From: Narcine bancroftii
Taxonomy: Eukaryota
Assembly: GCF_036971445.1 (NCBI RefSeq)
Contig: NC_091474.1
Location: 123,938,001-124,002,000, forward strand
Direction: 5' to 3'
Length of the DNA: 64,000 bases
Positions 48,998 through 62,036 of the stretch are shown here, piece by piece. The translations under genes were made by a program, and so were the position numbers. Each line of letters starts with the position of its first letter. The first letter of the stretch is position 1. Below the pieces are notes generated by a model. It saw only the letters and a list, made by a program, of their open reading frames with translations, was not told where the DNA came from and made no database searches.

Positions 48998-49469
48998 TGT
49001 GAGAGATGAGTAAAACTAATATGAAAATATGAAAGATGAAGAAAACTAGTATGGATATATGTGTAATGAATAAAGCCAGTTTGAATAGGATAAGGGTCTT
49101 CTAGCCTTTTAGACAGAATTAGCAAGTTCTGCATATAAGAAGTTAGCCCTGAGAGTCGGGAAGGTGTGAATAAGGACAATGACATGATGGGACACCGACA
49201 GGATACCCCCTGGTCCTCCAAGTTCACAGAAACAGCACGTAGGCAGACAGGATTGCCTAATGCCAAACTCATCCAGGAGGCAGAAGGATGTAAGAGGGAG
49301 GGTACTTCTATACTGAAATAAACTGTATAAAAGTTGGGTGAGCCCCAGTGTATGTGTGTATTCCCAGGGTAAGGGGAAGCACCCAACTTTGCATTGTTGT
49401 ATAATAAATGTTCTTTGTTCTCAATTTTTGTCTCGAGCAAATTCTGTGAAGGTACTTCTGTTTCTCACA
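48998..49469 (+). mobile_element. Solo LTR of the class-I ERV family (472 bp variant)
   Basis: TGTGAGAG...TCTCACA with TSD AACC (48994-48997 / 49470-49473). Confidence 0.95.
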
Positions 49470-50399
49470 AACCTTAATGTTTGTAAAATGTCCAACACAT
49501 CTTCCTCAATTTCAACATTATCTAGCACACAACTCTACTCCATTTGGACCCCATCCTGATCAAGGTCCTGTTTTCTGGTGAACAGTGAAGAAACATATTC
49601 ATTTAGGACCTTTCCAAACTCTTATGCTTCTAGACACCTGTTGACTCTGTTACATTTAAGTGGTTTCGCCTTCATTTTCGTTATCCTGTTCTTAACACAT
49701 GCAAAGAATGCCTTGGGATCCTAATTAATTTTACTTGCCATGGCTTATGCCCGCTTTGAGCTCTCCTAAATCCTTTCTTAAGCTCCTTCACAGCCAGCTT
49801 ATAATTCTCATGAGCCCTTTGTGTTTCCTACTTCCTAAATCTAATGAAAGCTTCCTTCTTCCTCTTAACTAGCTGCCTCACCTGTTTGGTCAAGCACGCT
49901 TCCCTTTTCCTGCCCTGTTGCAGTAGGACAAACCTATCTGGAAGCTGAGCAAGTGGACCCGAAATATACTTCACTTTAATCTGTCTTTTTTCACATGAAC
50001 ATCTGTTCCCAATTTACTCTCCCTAGTTCCTCCCTCAGCCCATTGAAATTAATCATTTCCCAACTGAACACTTTCTCCATTTTGCCTGCTTTTATCCTTG
50101 GCCATAGCTATGCTAAATCTCAGGGAGTTTTTGCCGCTATCTACAAATTTGAACCACTGTCCCCTTGACTAACTCTTAAGACAGGTAACAAAAAATCTTT
50201 TCTGATTTTCCTCTCGGCATGGATAACCTAACACTGCCCATTTCAGTGACTATTATAAATCTGTGTCTGTACAGTACAATGTAAAACATAAAAGTCTGTA
50301 GACACTGTGTTTGTACTGTAGTAAAAACACCAAAATATAAGAGGAACTCAGCTGGCCTTTTGAGCATCCATAAATATATATATGTGGCACTTCAGCTAC

Positions 50400-50600
50400 A
50401 GGTCAGCACTACCCAATTACTCACAATTAACCTACACATCTGCTACATTTTGAACAGTACAAGGAAACCAGAGTATTAGAGGAAATCCCACGCAAACTCA
50501 GGGAGAAGGTACAAACTCCTTAAAGACAGCATGGATTCAAACCCCATTGCAATTGCAGGCACTGTGAAGATCTTGCGCTAATGTTTTGCCAACTGTGCAG
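50400..50600 (-). mobile_element. Degenerate V-SINE
   Basis: Reverse complement carries GGGTTTGAATCC (B box) and TTCTCCCTGAGTTTGCGTGGGATTTCCTC (V-domain-like); homolog of 53492-53745. Confidence 0.7.
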
Positions 50601-50809
50601 GCCTTTCAAGGAATTAGCAGGATGAGCAAACACCCAGAAATCTCAAATACAAACAATACTGGCTGGGGGAGGAATGCAGACCAACAAATGGTGTTAATTG
50701 GATATGATAAGGAGAGAAGTGTAAATTAATGAGGTCTGTGCATACAGAGACAGGGAAAAGGGAGAGAGACAGAGCTGGTGGAAGGTGACGATGGAAGAAG
50801 TATGGGGGG

Positions 50810-51245
50810 GTTGGTTAATGAAATTCTGAGAAGCCGATATTAATGCCACCTGTGTAGACGATGGTGTCCAGTTGAAAGAATCGTTGTTGTTCCTCTATTT
50901 TGCAGGTAATCTCAATCTGGCAGTGCTTGAGACTGTGAACAGATGTGTCGGCAAGGGAATGGGGTGGAGAAATTAAATGGGTGGCCACTGGGATATACAC
51001 GTTATTGCATCAGACAGATCCAATGTGATCAACAAGTCGATTTCCCAGTCTGGGCCCAATCTGTCCGATGCAGAGAAGGCCACAATGGGAGCACCGAATG
51101 CAGTAGATGAACTCTGCAGATTCACAAGTGAAAATGTTCTTCTTTTGGAAGGACATTTTGAGCCCCAAATGGTGGTTAGGGAAAAGGTGTGGGTGCACAG
51201 CATCTACTGCAGTCACAAGGGTAGGTCCCAAGGGAGGCAGTAGTG
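50810..51245 (-). mobile_element. Penelope-like GIY-YIG fragment
   Basis: FTCESAEFIYCIRCSHCGLLCIGQIG and PVATHL...CKIEEQQRFFQL.T...GGINIGFSEF. Confidence 0.8.
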
Positions 51246-51518
51246 GACAAGGGATAAGTTTCTATACAATTCAGTAACTGATTCACATCAGTGTCCTCAC
51301 TGTGCAGTGACAGGTGTAAAAGATTGTTCCCTTTCACTGTGACTATTCTAAAGGTTTTTGTTATTACAGTACAATGACTGTTGGATAAGTCTGTGCTGTC
51401 ACAGTTCAGTAAATGTTGCAAATGTCTGTGTCCTGGCAATTCAGTGACTCTTTTACAAATGTATGTCGAAACCTTACAGTATCTTTTAAAACTCTTGTGC
51501 CCTTTTAGTACAGGGACT

Positions 51519-52362
51519 TGGCTTTTTCAGGTGCGTTCTCTGCTAAGAATGCGCATGAAGAAGCAGAAGCGGCCCTTTAAATTGCAATTCAGGTGTCAGC
51601 ATTGAAAGCGCAGCGCTGGCCACCTGAAAGGACAGCTGAGCCAGATGCGCATCTGAGTGGCTCCTGTCCCTTGGCTGTCAAGACAGGATGGCTGGCTGTC
51701 AGCTGGGACAGCCAGCATGGACTATCAGCGTGGGGACGTCCCCACACTGATCCCACCGCCCCGCTCTCTCTCCACTCAGGAAATCAATCCCCACATTGAT
51801 CCCGCTGCCCGCTCTCTCCCCATTCACGGGGCTGGAGCGGCCGGCCGGGGGTGGGGTACGGGAGCTGTAGCACTGGCGGGTGAGTACGGGGGCTGGAGCG
51901 GCTGGCGGGGGAGGAGGCTAGAGTGACTATCGGGGGATAAAGAAACTGGAGCGACTGGCGGGGTAGAAGGAGGCTGGAGCGGCCGGTAGGGGAGAAGGAG
52001 GCGCTCGAGTTGGTTACCGGCATTGTTTCGACTAGCCCCCTTCTCCTCCGCCGGCCGCTCCAGCCTCCTCCCCTCCTGGCTGCTCCAGCCCCTTTCTCCC
52101 CACTCCCGAAATCAGTCCCCACAGTGTGGGGACAGCCCGCGCCGTCCGCCCGGCAGTGTGGGGACTGGAAGAGGAGCGGCCAGGATCTGGCCATTCAGAT
52201 GGCTGGGGAGGACACTGTGCTACGTGGATTATCCTTCCACGAGGGGGGTTACCAAGCTAGACCTGCAGGCACCTCCTGCACATTCACATGGCCTTCCCAC
52301 AGACGCATTTTGCCAAAATATGCGGCTTTACAAACGGGGCAATTGGCCACCTGTAAGTGCCT
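51519..52362. mobile_element. PIF/Harbinger-like MITE with an internal palindrome, about 420 bp upstream of H4
   Basis: Imperfect TIRs TGGCTTTTTCAGGTG / CACCTGTAAGTGCCT, 3-bp TSD ACT, absent from the paralogous H4 flank near 13860. Inverted arms GCTGGAGCGGCCGG / CCGGCCGCTCCAGC centred near 52020. Confidence 0.68.
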
Positions 52363-52771
52363 ACTGTTGTAAAGGGACCGGATGGCCGACTCCAGCTCCT
52401 CATTCTCATGTTTTTATGACGACTTCACATCTTACAGAGGGTTCTCTGCCCTAACAGGAACATCACCGTCGGCTCATTGTCAGGGAGCTCATTTCAATCC
52501 ATCCGTATTGAGAAAATCCTCTCAAATAAACCTCGTGCATTATTCTCGGACACAGTTTCGGTTTGAGTGCTGATAAACGGTAGTTAATTGGCGGTTGCGG
52601 CCGGGAAACGGGGCGGAGCTGGGAGATGAGAGGCCGCTCTCTGTGCTCCGCCGTCACTCGGACTCGGACTCCTCCCCTCCTCTTGGCTGCGCGTATCTCG
52701 GGCAGGTCGGGGCGCTGCATAGAAAAGCAGACAGTAGCAGCGACTGTGTTATTGAGCAGAGAGCGGAGTGA

Positions 52772-53092
<321 letters not shown>

Positions 53093-53123
53093 ACTGCCTG
53101 CATTGTCCCTGCATCAACACAAA

Positions 53124-53139
53124 GGCTCTTCTCAGAGCC
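53124..53139 (+). terminator. Histone 3' stem-loop
   Basis: GGCTCTTCTCAGAGCC + ACCCA. Confidence 0.95.
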
Positions 53140-53491
53140 ACCCACCCCCTCACGGAGAGAGCAGCCCCTCGCCACGTTGGCATGAAATTCATTTCCTGTC
53201 CTCGTTCTCTGCCCTTGCCCATAGATTTCCCTTCATTGCTGCTTGTCAGGGCTCGTCTATTTTACAAACGTGACCTTCGGCCGATAGACTTTCTCTTTGG
53301 AAATTACTAAGATGATGCGCGAATCCGTCGACACCGGTTACCCCCCCCCCCCACACCAAACTCTGGTCCGGGAACACTCGCTTGTCTCGTCTCCGGCTGA
53401 GCTGAAGCCCCTCAAATCGGCTCCGTATATTCACACACAGGGCTGGGGATATAATTAATCGACATTTCCAATGGTATTTATAAGAACAAAT

Positions 53492-53745
53492 GGGCCGCAC
53501 GGTTGGCGAAGCGTTGAGCGCGACGTCTTGACGGCGCCAGCGATCGGGACGGGGGTTCGAATCCCGCGCTGTCTGTCAGGAGTTGGAACGTTCTCCCCGT
53601 GTCTGCGTGGGTTTTCCCGGGGACTCCCGTCTCCTCCCTCCTTCTAAACGAACTGGGCTGCAGGGTAATTGGGTGTAAATTTGGTGACACAGACTCGTCG
53701 GCCGGAATAGCCTGTCACTATGCTGTATGTTTAAATTAATTTAAA
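53492..53745 (+). mobile_element. tRNA-derived V-SINE
   Basis: B box GGTTCGAATCC, V-domain TTCTCCCCGTGTCTGCGTGGGTTT, CR1-like tail GGCCGGAATAGCCTGT..TGCTGTA. Absent from the paralog near 38730. Confidence 0.85.
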
Positions 53746-55060
53746 ATATTCAGCGAAACTCTAGATTCCCTGAAATTGGCGGGCGGTTTGAAAATAAAGA
53801 GCAGCCAATCAGACTGCAACCTCTGAGCCGCGTGATGGCGGAAGTCTGACCCGCTGTCAAAAATATCCAAATGTGGCCAGAGATAACATTGCCCGGCCGC
53901 CCCAGATCTTCAAACTCTCTCCTTTCTATCCAGTTGATGACAGGATGCAGCCAAACGCTGCCTTAAAATGTATAATTGTAATCTGCTGATGTCAATCAGA
54001 ATTCCTGGGCGTATTGAACATGGAACAACACAGCGGAGTTCAGGCCCTTCGGTCCTCGATGTTGGCAAACAAGTCAGCAAAAGGACGCAAGGTTGTTCCG
54101 AACAGGATACAGACGGTGATGGAGGGATGACGGGCTTGCGATGGAACGTCACTTCACAGCAGGGGACCGCAGCAGCCGCCCTAGATCAACGCTTGGATAT
54201 GTGATCAGGGAGCTTCCAGCCAATGCCAGTATTGATAGGAGTCGAGACATGAGATGGTAATCAGTTGGTATGTCGGGGACAGCATTGTCCCATGGAATTT
54301 AATCCTAGTGAGTCCATGCGCATATATTTTTTGGAGGAGCAGAATGGCCCTGACGGATGAACAGAGGGACCTTGGCTTTGAAGTCAATGACCATATTTCC
54401 TAGAATAGATCCAGCTGCGTGAGGGATTATGGGCAGGGAAGACAGACATGGCTCTGCAGAGTTTTAAGACGCAGAGAGCGGACGTGAAGGCCGAAGCGGA
54501 CTGTTGAGGTTGTCAGCCCGCACCGGTGGCCCGCTGACGGCTACCACTGTCCTGTCGGCTCCCGCCGCCCCTGCCTTGAGGGGTCATGGAGGGAGAGGGG
54601 TGAGCGGGGAGATGGGTCACAGGCTGACGTCGTCATCAGACGCCCCTAACCTGCCGCTTGGAGCGGCTGGATAATTATAAGTGACGGAGGACCTATCCCC
54701 GAGAAGAGTTGCAATCGGTACATTCAGAAAGCCTTGTCTCTAGGTGAAAGGGCGGAGACTTTGTCTCGGGTAATTTCTTGCTTGAAAGGGAATGATTCTC
54801 TCCTGTAGATTCTTCAAACTCGGTGTTTCCGCATTCAAGGCAGGGACTGCCTTCTGTTACTGGAGGCGGTCGGGGTCTGTGATTGGTGGTTGTGAAGCCA
54901 TAGAGGATTTGGAGGAAACCTGCTGTTCATTCGTCCAAATCGACCAATGATACTCGTTTCCGTCCCCAATCCCTTATTAGCATAGCATGAGTGCACTGCC
55001 TATTTAAACCGCACTAGTCCCTGGTTCAGTTTATTTCTGTGTGTTTAATCTGGAGCAGAA

Positions 55061-55432
55061 ATGCCTGACTCGAAACTAGCGTCCAAGAAAGGTGCCAAGA
55101 AGGCAGTGTCCAAGCCAACTGGCAAAGGTGGTAAGAAGCACAGAAGATCAAGGAAGGAGAGTTACTCTATCTACATCTACAAAGTGTTGAAGCAAGTTCA
55201 CCCCGATACTGGCGTCTCTTCCAAGGCTATGGGCATCATGAACTCTTTCGTCAGCGATATTTTTGAACGCATTGCTGGCGAAGCTTCCCGTCTGGCACAT
55301 TACAACAAGAAGTCGACTATCAGCTCCCGGGAGATCCAGACTGCAGTGCGCCTGCTGTTGCCCGGGGAATTGGCCAAACACGCCGTGTCAGAGGGGACAA
55401 AGGCGGTGACCAAGTACACCAGCTCCAAGTAA
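55061..55432 (+). CDS. H2B: Histone H2B (123 aa, PDSKLAS type)
   Basis: Intact ORF, promoter and stem-loop. Many silent but few amino-acid differences from 18402-18773. Confidence 0.96.
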   Translation: MPDSKLASKKGAKKAVSKPTGKGGKKHRRSRKESYSIYIYKVLKQVHPDTGVSSKAMGIMNSFVSDIFERIAGEASRLAHYNKKSTISSREIQTAVRLLLPGELAKHAVSEGTKAVTKYTSSK

Positions 55433-55471
55433 AGCCCCCACCAAGTGCCGATGACTCAAACCGAAAACAAC

Positions 55472-55487
55472 GGCTCTTTTAAGAGCC
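55472..55487 (+). terminator. Histone 3' stem-loop
   Basis: GGCTCTTTTAAGAGCC, HDE GAAAAGAG. Confidence 0.95.
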
Positions 55488-57610
55488 ACTTCCAATCTCA
55501 CTGAAAAGAGTTGTCCAAATGTGTCGGCATGGAATTGGAGCAGAATTTTTCTAGTTATTTTTGTTTTGATTTCATCTTGGTATCACTGCTGTACTCCAGT
55601 CCACTGAACTGACGGTAAATTAACTCCTCAGTTTTGTTATGATTTTGAAATACTTTACCCACATATTTTTACAATGAGATCTGATTAATGCGACCACATT
55701 GTTGTTGACATGTTATTTGCTGTGTTGAAGACATTTTATGTGGATTTCCCTGTATTGTAAGTGCTGATGATATTTCTATATGGGAATGTTATTGGTTCTT
55801 GTGGAATGAAACCTGAGAGTCCGTAGGTGCTGATATTTTATTAAAAACATGAACCCGTTGGAATGATGCTATATACATCCCGAATCGGCATTTGATCCCA
55901 TAGTTTGAAAGAAGTGGAATATTAACTTCCTGAACCCGGATCTTTGAATTAATTCCCACACGGTCTGTTTCAAACGTCGGTGTTCATGCATTTCTATCAG
56001 ATGTTTAAAATGCCTTTCTTGTTGAATTTATTTATGACAGTTTGGGGATTGATGGTGAAGTTTGTCGCCAGTTTATTGGTGAATGAGATGCCTCTCGTCT
56101 ATTTCACCTTCCCACAGACGTGAGCCGCTTCACCATGCTGTAGTCGCTCAGAAAGTACAAGGGGGCGGGAGGAAATTGTGAAAATGTCTCCTCAAAATGC
56201 TCACGAAGTATAGCCGCTGGCGAGGGTGATTCCATTGACATAGAGGCCCCAGGACTAATCCTCAGAGATGGTGACACCCAGGAATATGTACTTCACCCTC
56301 TCCACTACTGTCCTGTTGATGAAGAATGGGTCGTGTTCTGCTTTCCACCTGATGGAAAGTCTCCACATAGGGTGCAGGAGGGGGTTGACAGAAATAACTC
56401 TAGGACTGAGGCATATTTGCCCTTTGGTGGGTTCCAGCAGCTGGGGTCATTCTTTTTACAGATGGCATGAGGAGGAGGGTGGAAGCAATTTAACTGAGGT
56501 TTGGAAACTATAAGAGGCCTCGATAGGGTGGACAGGAAGGAACTGTTTCATCTTGTATTTGAATGTGTGATTTCTTAGAAAACATGAATGAAGGAAAAGG
56601 TTCTTTACTTTAAAGTTGATGTATACAGCCATGAGGCTGCAAGCCTCCATTACAGATCTCTCAAACAGCAGTCATCCATTCTCTGTGAGCCCCCTGCTGG
56701 CAGCTGTTAGAAACAGAATTACCTTTAAAGAAATTGCTCGAGACAAAAATTGAGAACAAAGAACATTTATTATACAACAATGCAAAGTTGGGTGCTTCCC
56801 CTTACCCTGGGAATACACACATACACTGGGGCTCACCCAACTTTTATACAGTTTATCTCAGTATAGGAATAACCCCCCCCTTACATTCTTCTGCCTCATG
56901 CTGGAGAGGTTTGGCATTAGGAAATCCTGCCTACGTGCTGTTTCTGTGCACTTGGAGGACCAGGGGGTATCCTGGCGGTGTCTTCTCATGTCATTATCCC
57001 CATTGTCCTTATTCACAACCTTGCCCTTGTCCCCATTCACACCTTTCCTACTCTCACAGTCCCTTCATATGCAGAGTTCGCTAATCCTGTCTAGGGTTTA
57101 CTAATTAAATATGCATAACTTGATAAATCTGTGTATGGCTTACTAATTATATATGTAGAACTGGCTAATACTATCTCAGGTTTTCTAATTATTTATGCAA
57201 GCCTTGCTAATTCTATCTGGGGCTTGGAGACCCTTATCTCGTTCAGACTAACTCTACTTCTATCATCAATTGTCTGTCCTTATCTCCTTCAGTTAGTGAA
57301 CTTGCTGATTCTCTAGGAGATTCTTATCTTACTCAGACAGTGTCAGCTTCCTGCCTTCTAATATCCATGTCTCATGTTGTTTGTACTGGCTTCATTCATT
57401 TACTTATGTATCAATTTTATTTTCTTCATATTGCAATATCAGTTTTTCTCATCTCTCACAATCCTCACTTTTCTTTTAGATCAGGAATACTGATCTCTCA
57501 CAATGATCAGTGTTACTGATCTCAATGTTACTGGTCTCAGTGTTACTGATCTCTACACTCCTCACTTTTCTTTTAGATCAGTATTACTGATGTGCTTAAC
57601 TGAAAATGTC

Positions 57611-58735
57611 TTACTTGACAACTTGGTGTTTTTCCCAGCTGGTCAGTAACCGGATTGCAGTCTCTGTGTCATTAGACAGAATTAGAGAAACATACATCCT
57701 TTGGGTTATAGTGTTCTGAAGAGGGGTTCGATTAATTAAATACTGCACCCAAGTCTTTAGGCAGGGGAGCACCATAAAGGTCAGAATAGCGAGTCCAGCT
57801 GCTACAAGGGCTGTGAGTATCAGGCTCCAGTTTTCAGTAAAAAATCTAGTCCATCCCACATCAGTCCAAGGTTGCCAAGTCTGAACATGGGCATGGGCAG
57901 ATTCTTGTCAAAGTCCTGAATCAGTGTCCTTAACCGCCTGACTGTTGTAAGCATTGTCCTTAACCAGTCTTTCAGAAACGCTGCCTTCAGCAGCCAACGA
58001 GTAATCGAGAGCCAGGTGGTTTTGTTGAACTGTGGCTCTGTCGTTTTTCTTCAGCCCCTAAATTCAGGGCCATTGCTTTCTGTTTGATGATAATGTCCAA
58101 GGCTGTTTGGAGTCTGATTAAACGATTTAAATGCCAAGCAGCTTTAGTGTTCTGTAGCAGCTTATGTCGTTTACAACTGGAACTCCCCTTAACGAGGTGG
58201 TGCTTATCATTTTGAATGTCTGAGGGACCCAAAGGATGTTTGAGAAGAGACCAAGCTGGGGAGGATTGTTTCTTATCATTTAACCTGTGTGTTGCAGCTT
58301 GTCTGCTAACATTAGCATGAGTATCATTGAAATTGTGAGTGCAAGCCTGTCTGTGTACATTAGCATATGTATTAACTCTCTCTCTCTGCGACATGTACAA
58401 TTCTGACTACCATTCTGTCTGTCTTTGTCCCACCATGTCCTTTGTGCTATCGCTTTAAAACTCCTGTCTTTAATACCTGTGTAGGCTAAGATACAAATTA
58501 GATGTACTCCACTAAAGCTGTTCAGTTCCCCTGGTCCGTATTGGAATCCCTTGTTAACCCATACCCCACTATGACTATACATTAAATCTATGCCCTGTCT
58601 ACATTCTAAAGGAAAATAATTGTCACCTCTGCTGCCCCTATCCCAGGAGGACTTAATACATTGTGAGTAATTAAGTGATGTCCCAGAAATGGAGAAGCAA
58701 CAATTAAACAATACAATAAATGGTAAAAACAACAT
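57611..58735 (-). pseudogene. env: Short ERV env, frameshifted
   Basis: MLFLPFIVLFNCCFSISG signal peptide, LNRLIRLQTALDIII, and TM LILTALVAAGLAILTFMVLPCL. Colinear with 26659-27757. Confidence 0.87.
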
Positions 58736-60534
58736 TACGGCACTTTTTCACGGCGTAGTGTAACTTTCAGGTCAGAAGGAAGACGGACTGCACGCCAGGT
58801 GGAGGGTAGATTATCAATGTTGTTATTCTGTGGTTCAGTAGCTGGTTTAATTCGTTGGATGTGGCTCCAGCCTTTTTCTTTCATTCGCACGGCAGTGTCT
58901 GTAATCAAAAGTACACAATAGGGGCCATCCCAGACAGGTTTCTGTTGGTGATGTTGGCATGCTTTTACATATAACCAATCACCAGATTTAATAAAAAGAA
59001 TAACAATCTGACTTTTCTTTGTGTTAGTGTAAAAATTGTAAAATGAAACACAAACCATATTTCCATGGGTTTTGAATATATTAGACCTTATTAAAATGTA
59101 GTTGGAGCTGCTTGTCTGTATGAGGCAACCAACCTGCAATTTGTTAGAGTGAGTACATAACAGACATTGCAGCACAAGAGCCCCTGCGAAAGAACTTGAA
59201 ACATATTCAACCTTTAGTTCTGCCTTAAGTACACAATTAGCCATAATGATTCGGCGAGTGATATTAACTGTATTCTAAATGAATTTATTTTAAAATAGCC
59301 GAGTGCGAATAAGACATGTCTTTGTCACTGCCGATGGCAATGAATTTGACGATTATTTAACATTGCTATTGTAATTGTAAACATTAAATGCCTTGTGTCA
59401 CAGCTCACAGGAGCTGGCCTTATTTAAAACAGTCTGTAAAACAGGCACCAAAAAATTTTAAAAGATGTTCTTATGAAGATTGCACACACAATCATTTAAG
59501 TACAGGCTAGTTTCTATTATATTCCACTTAAAGTTCTGCTGCATGAATCCTGGAGCTTGTGGAGTCATTATTGAATCAAGAAATATTGGTGCCATGCCAA
59601 TCTCATTCTAACATGCCAATTTCTCCAGTCCTTAAGTCAAGATGTACTGAATAGCATCTGGTACAAGATCTGTGAGTTATTAATGATATTATTATGCTTA
59701 TGCACCCAATTGTTCTGAACGATGCCACCAATTTAAATCATATTCCACCTATTGCAGTACTCACACAGCACCATAGACTAGTTCGCAGGTTTATTTCTCC
59801 ATTAAGCTAAATCCTGTCACGCAGGGATTACCTCCGTGATTATTTACAATGTAACTTCCGCACTACCGAATTTAAATATAAACCTGATGAATGGGGGGGA
59901 GAGTTATCATGAATTAAATTACAGCGGCAATACAGAGAAATTGTGCTGAGGCATTAATTTCACTCCGGAGGAAAATGCACCAGAGAAATGAATGATTAAA
60001 CTTATGGGAATCCCCAGAGGTATTTTTATTCTCCAAAGGTGGGTGATCTTTAAACTCACAGACCTTGACTGCTGAATGTGTAGAAGAAATGTACTAAATC
60101 TATTGATAGGGCTCCATACCTCTAACTGCAAGAGCGGACCCTGGAGCCTCAGTTTCAAGTGAACAGCATACAATTCATTAGAGCCACAACATGCTTAAAG
60201 GGACATGCACACTCCCCCTTCAACTGGCTGATCTTTACACATCACATCCTTTCTTTATCTCACATACACTTAAAGTTAAGATGTATAGAACTCACCCTAT
60301 TTGCGCAAACATTTCTCCCTGCAAATGTTATAACATCACTTAACTCTCAGGTACTCCCTGTGCAAAATCACATTTGAATACAATTTATTTCATAAATTGG
60401 AATTAACTGGTAGTTAAATTCGCTCATTCTACAGTATTGATAAACGATCATTTATGACTTTTAAATTTTAGCATGAATTTTAATCAATATTGGTCAGTGA
60501 CTGAAGTGGGAAGTCTAGTGATTTATGAAATTAT

Positions 60535-62036
60535 CTCTGGTCTCTACTCTTCCACTCCTGGCACTTCTCCCAACGTCCAGGAGCTGGCACACAGTCCCTG
60601 CCTTTTTCATGTTACTCATCTACTATTCCTTTAACTGCTTGCATTAAAATTTTCGCCTTTCCTTTCTGCTTATCCTCAGACCTCTGGATTTTTGTGCACT
60701 GTAGAAGCTGGGTAATTCCTTGCTCATGCCAATTTTCCATGTTTTGTAATTTTCTTCTAATGTCTGGGGCTGAGTTGGTAACAAAATCTGTTAGTACCAA
60801 TTGTTCCCCTGCTGGGGATTCTATGTCGAGACCCCATATTGTTGTATTGCCATGTGCAATCTATTCAGAAATGCAGAGGGGGTCTCCTCGGGACCTTGGG
60901 GAACCTCAAAGGCTTTCTTAAAATTCTGTCCCTTTGGGATAGATTCCTTGATTCCTCTTATCAAATTAACCCTGTATTCTTCCATCAATACCCGACCATC
61001 ATTGGTATTTTTATCCCAATTAGGTCTAGCCAAGGGGAATTTAGCTTCTCCAGGTACCGCATCTGGTCCCCCTTGGTGATCCTTATCCTAGACTCTAATC
61101 CCTGCCTGGCGAATCATTCCACGCTCATCCAAAGTAAACAAAGTCTTAAAGATAGATGTTAACTCATCCCAAGTATATATATTTGGTCCCAAAAATTGGT
61201 CTAACTGTTCGGCACATCCCTGGGGATCTTCTATCAGGGAGGTCAGTTCTTTCTTAAAGTTACGCACTTCAGTACTGGTCAGGGGCACATTTACGAAACC
61301 GAGACCCTCTCCCACGGGAACTTCCCGTAGTGGTCTCATCCAGTTGGTTTCTGGCTTATTAGGTCTGGGTTCCTGCTCCCTGGGAAATGAATCAAAGGGT
61401 TCTGCCCTTTCTTCCTGAAGAGTCTCACACTGTTCTGAATTAAAGATACCTCTCTCTCCTGTCAACAGAGGTGGTAATCCAGTGCTTTGTGAGCGAGTCA
61501 TCATACCACTCCTATTCTCTTCTCTTTTCTCTAGCTGTGGGGGAGGAGGGGAAGGTGCAGAAGGGTAAGGCATAGGAGGGGGAGGAAAGATAGGAGCCGG
61601 CATAGGAGGAACATAAGGTGGAGGGAGGGAATGTAAGCACATCCCACCCTTGTGGTTCAGGGACAAAAGATTCCTCCTCTCTCTTGTCCTTGCATTCTTT
61701 TTCATTCAAAACCAATTGATCAAACGATCCCCTGAGCCAGCAGGCTGCATATTCCCTGCTCTCAAGATTATCTCTCTGGTTTTGATAGAGCCAGATGTTC
61801 AATGCTTGACACATCCAGTCATCCTCAGATCCGAGCTTTGGCCAGTACACGGAGCTCCCTTTAACCGGGCTTTTAACCCATTCTATACAACAATACCTGA
61901 CCATGGTCAGTTTGTCCTTTCCACGGGTCCTTCCCGTGCCCCACTCAGATAACATCAACCCAAGCGGGCTGTACGTAGTTATCTGATTCTCACATCCTTT
62001 ACCAGGACTCTCTTCCTTGCTACCCACACTTCCCAT
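60535..62036 (-). pseudogene. gag: ERV gag (MA, late domain, CA), frameshifted and truncated before the zinc knuckle
   Basis: MGSVGS myristoylation-type start, WPKLGS, LPPPY, QGPEETPSAFLNRL (major homology region), FVTNSAPDIRRKLQ. Confidence 0.88.

Noticed and set aside
53492-53575. tRNA-like sequence with GGTTCGAATCC
   Set aside because: No convincing cloverleaf, and it continues into a V-domain and LINE-like tail, so it is a SINE head.
58735-59244. 169-aa ORF fusing insert sequence to the integrase tail
   Set aside because: The N-terminal half comes from the non-coding-looking insert with no domain signal; probably a chance open frame across the junction.
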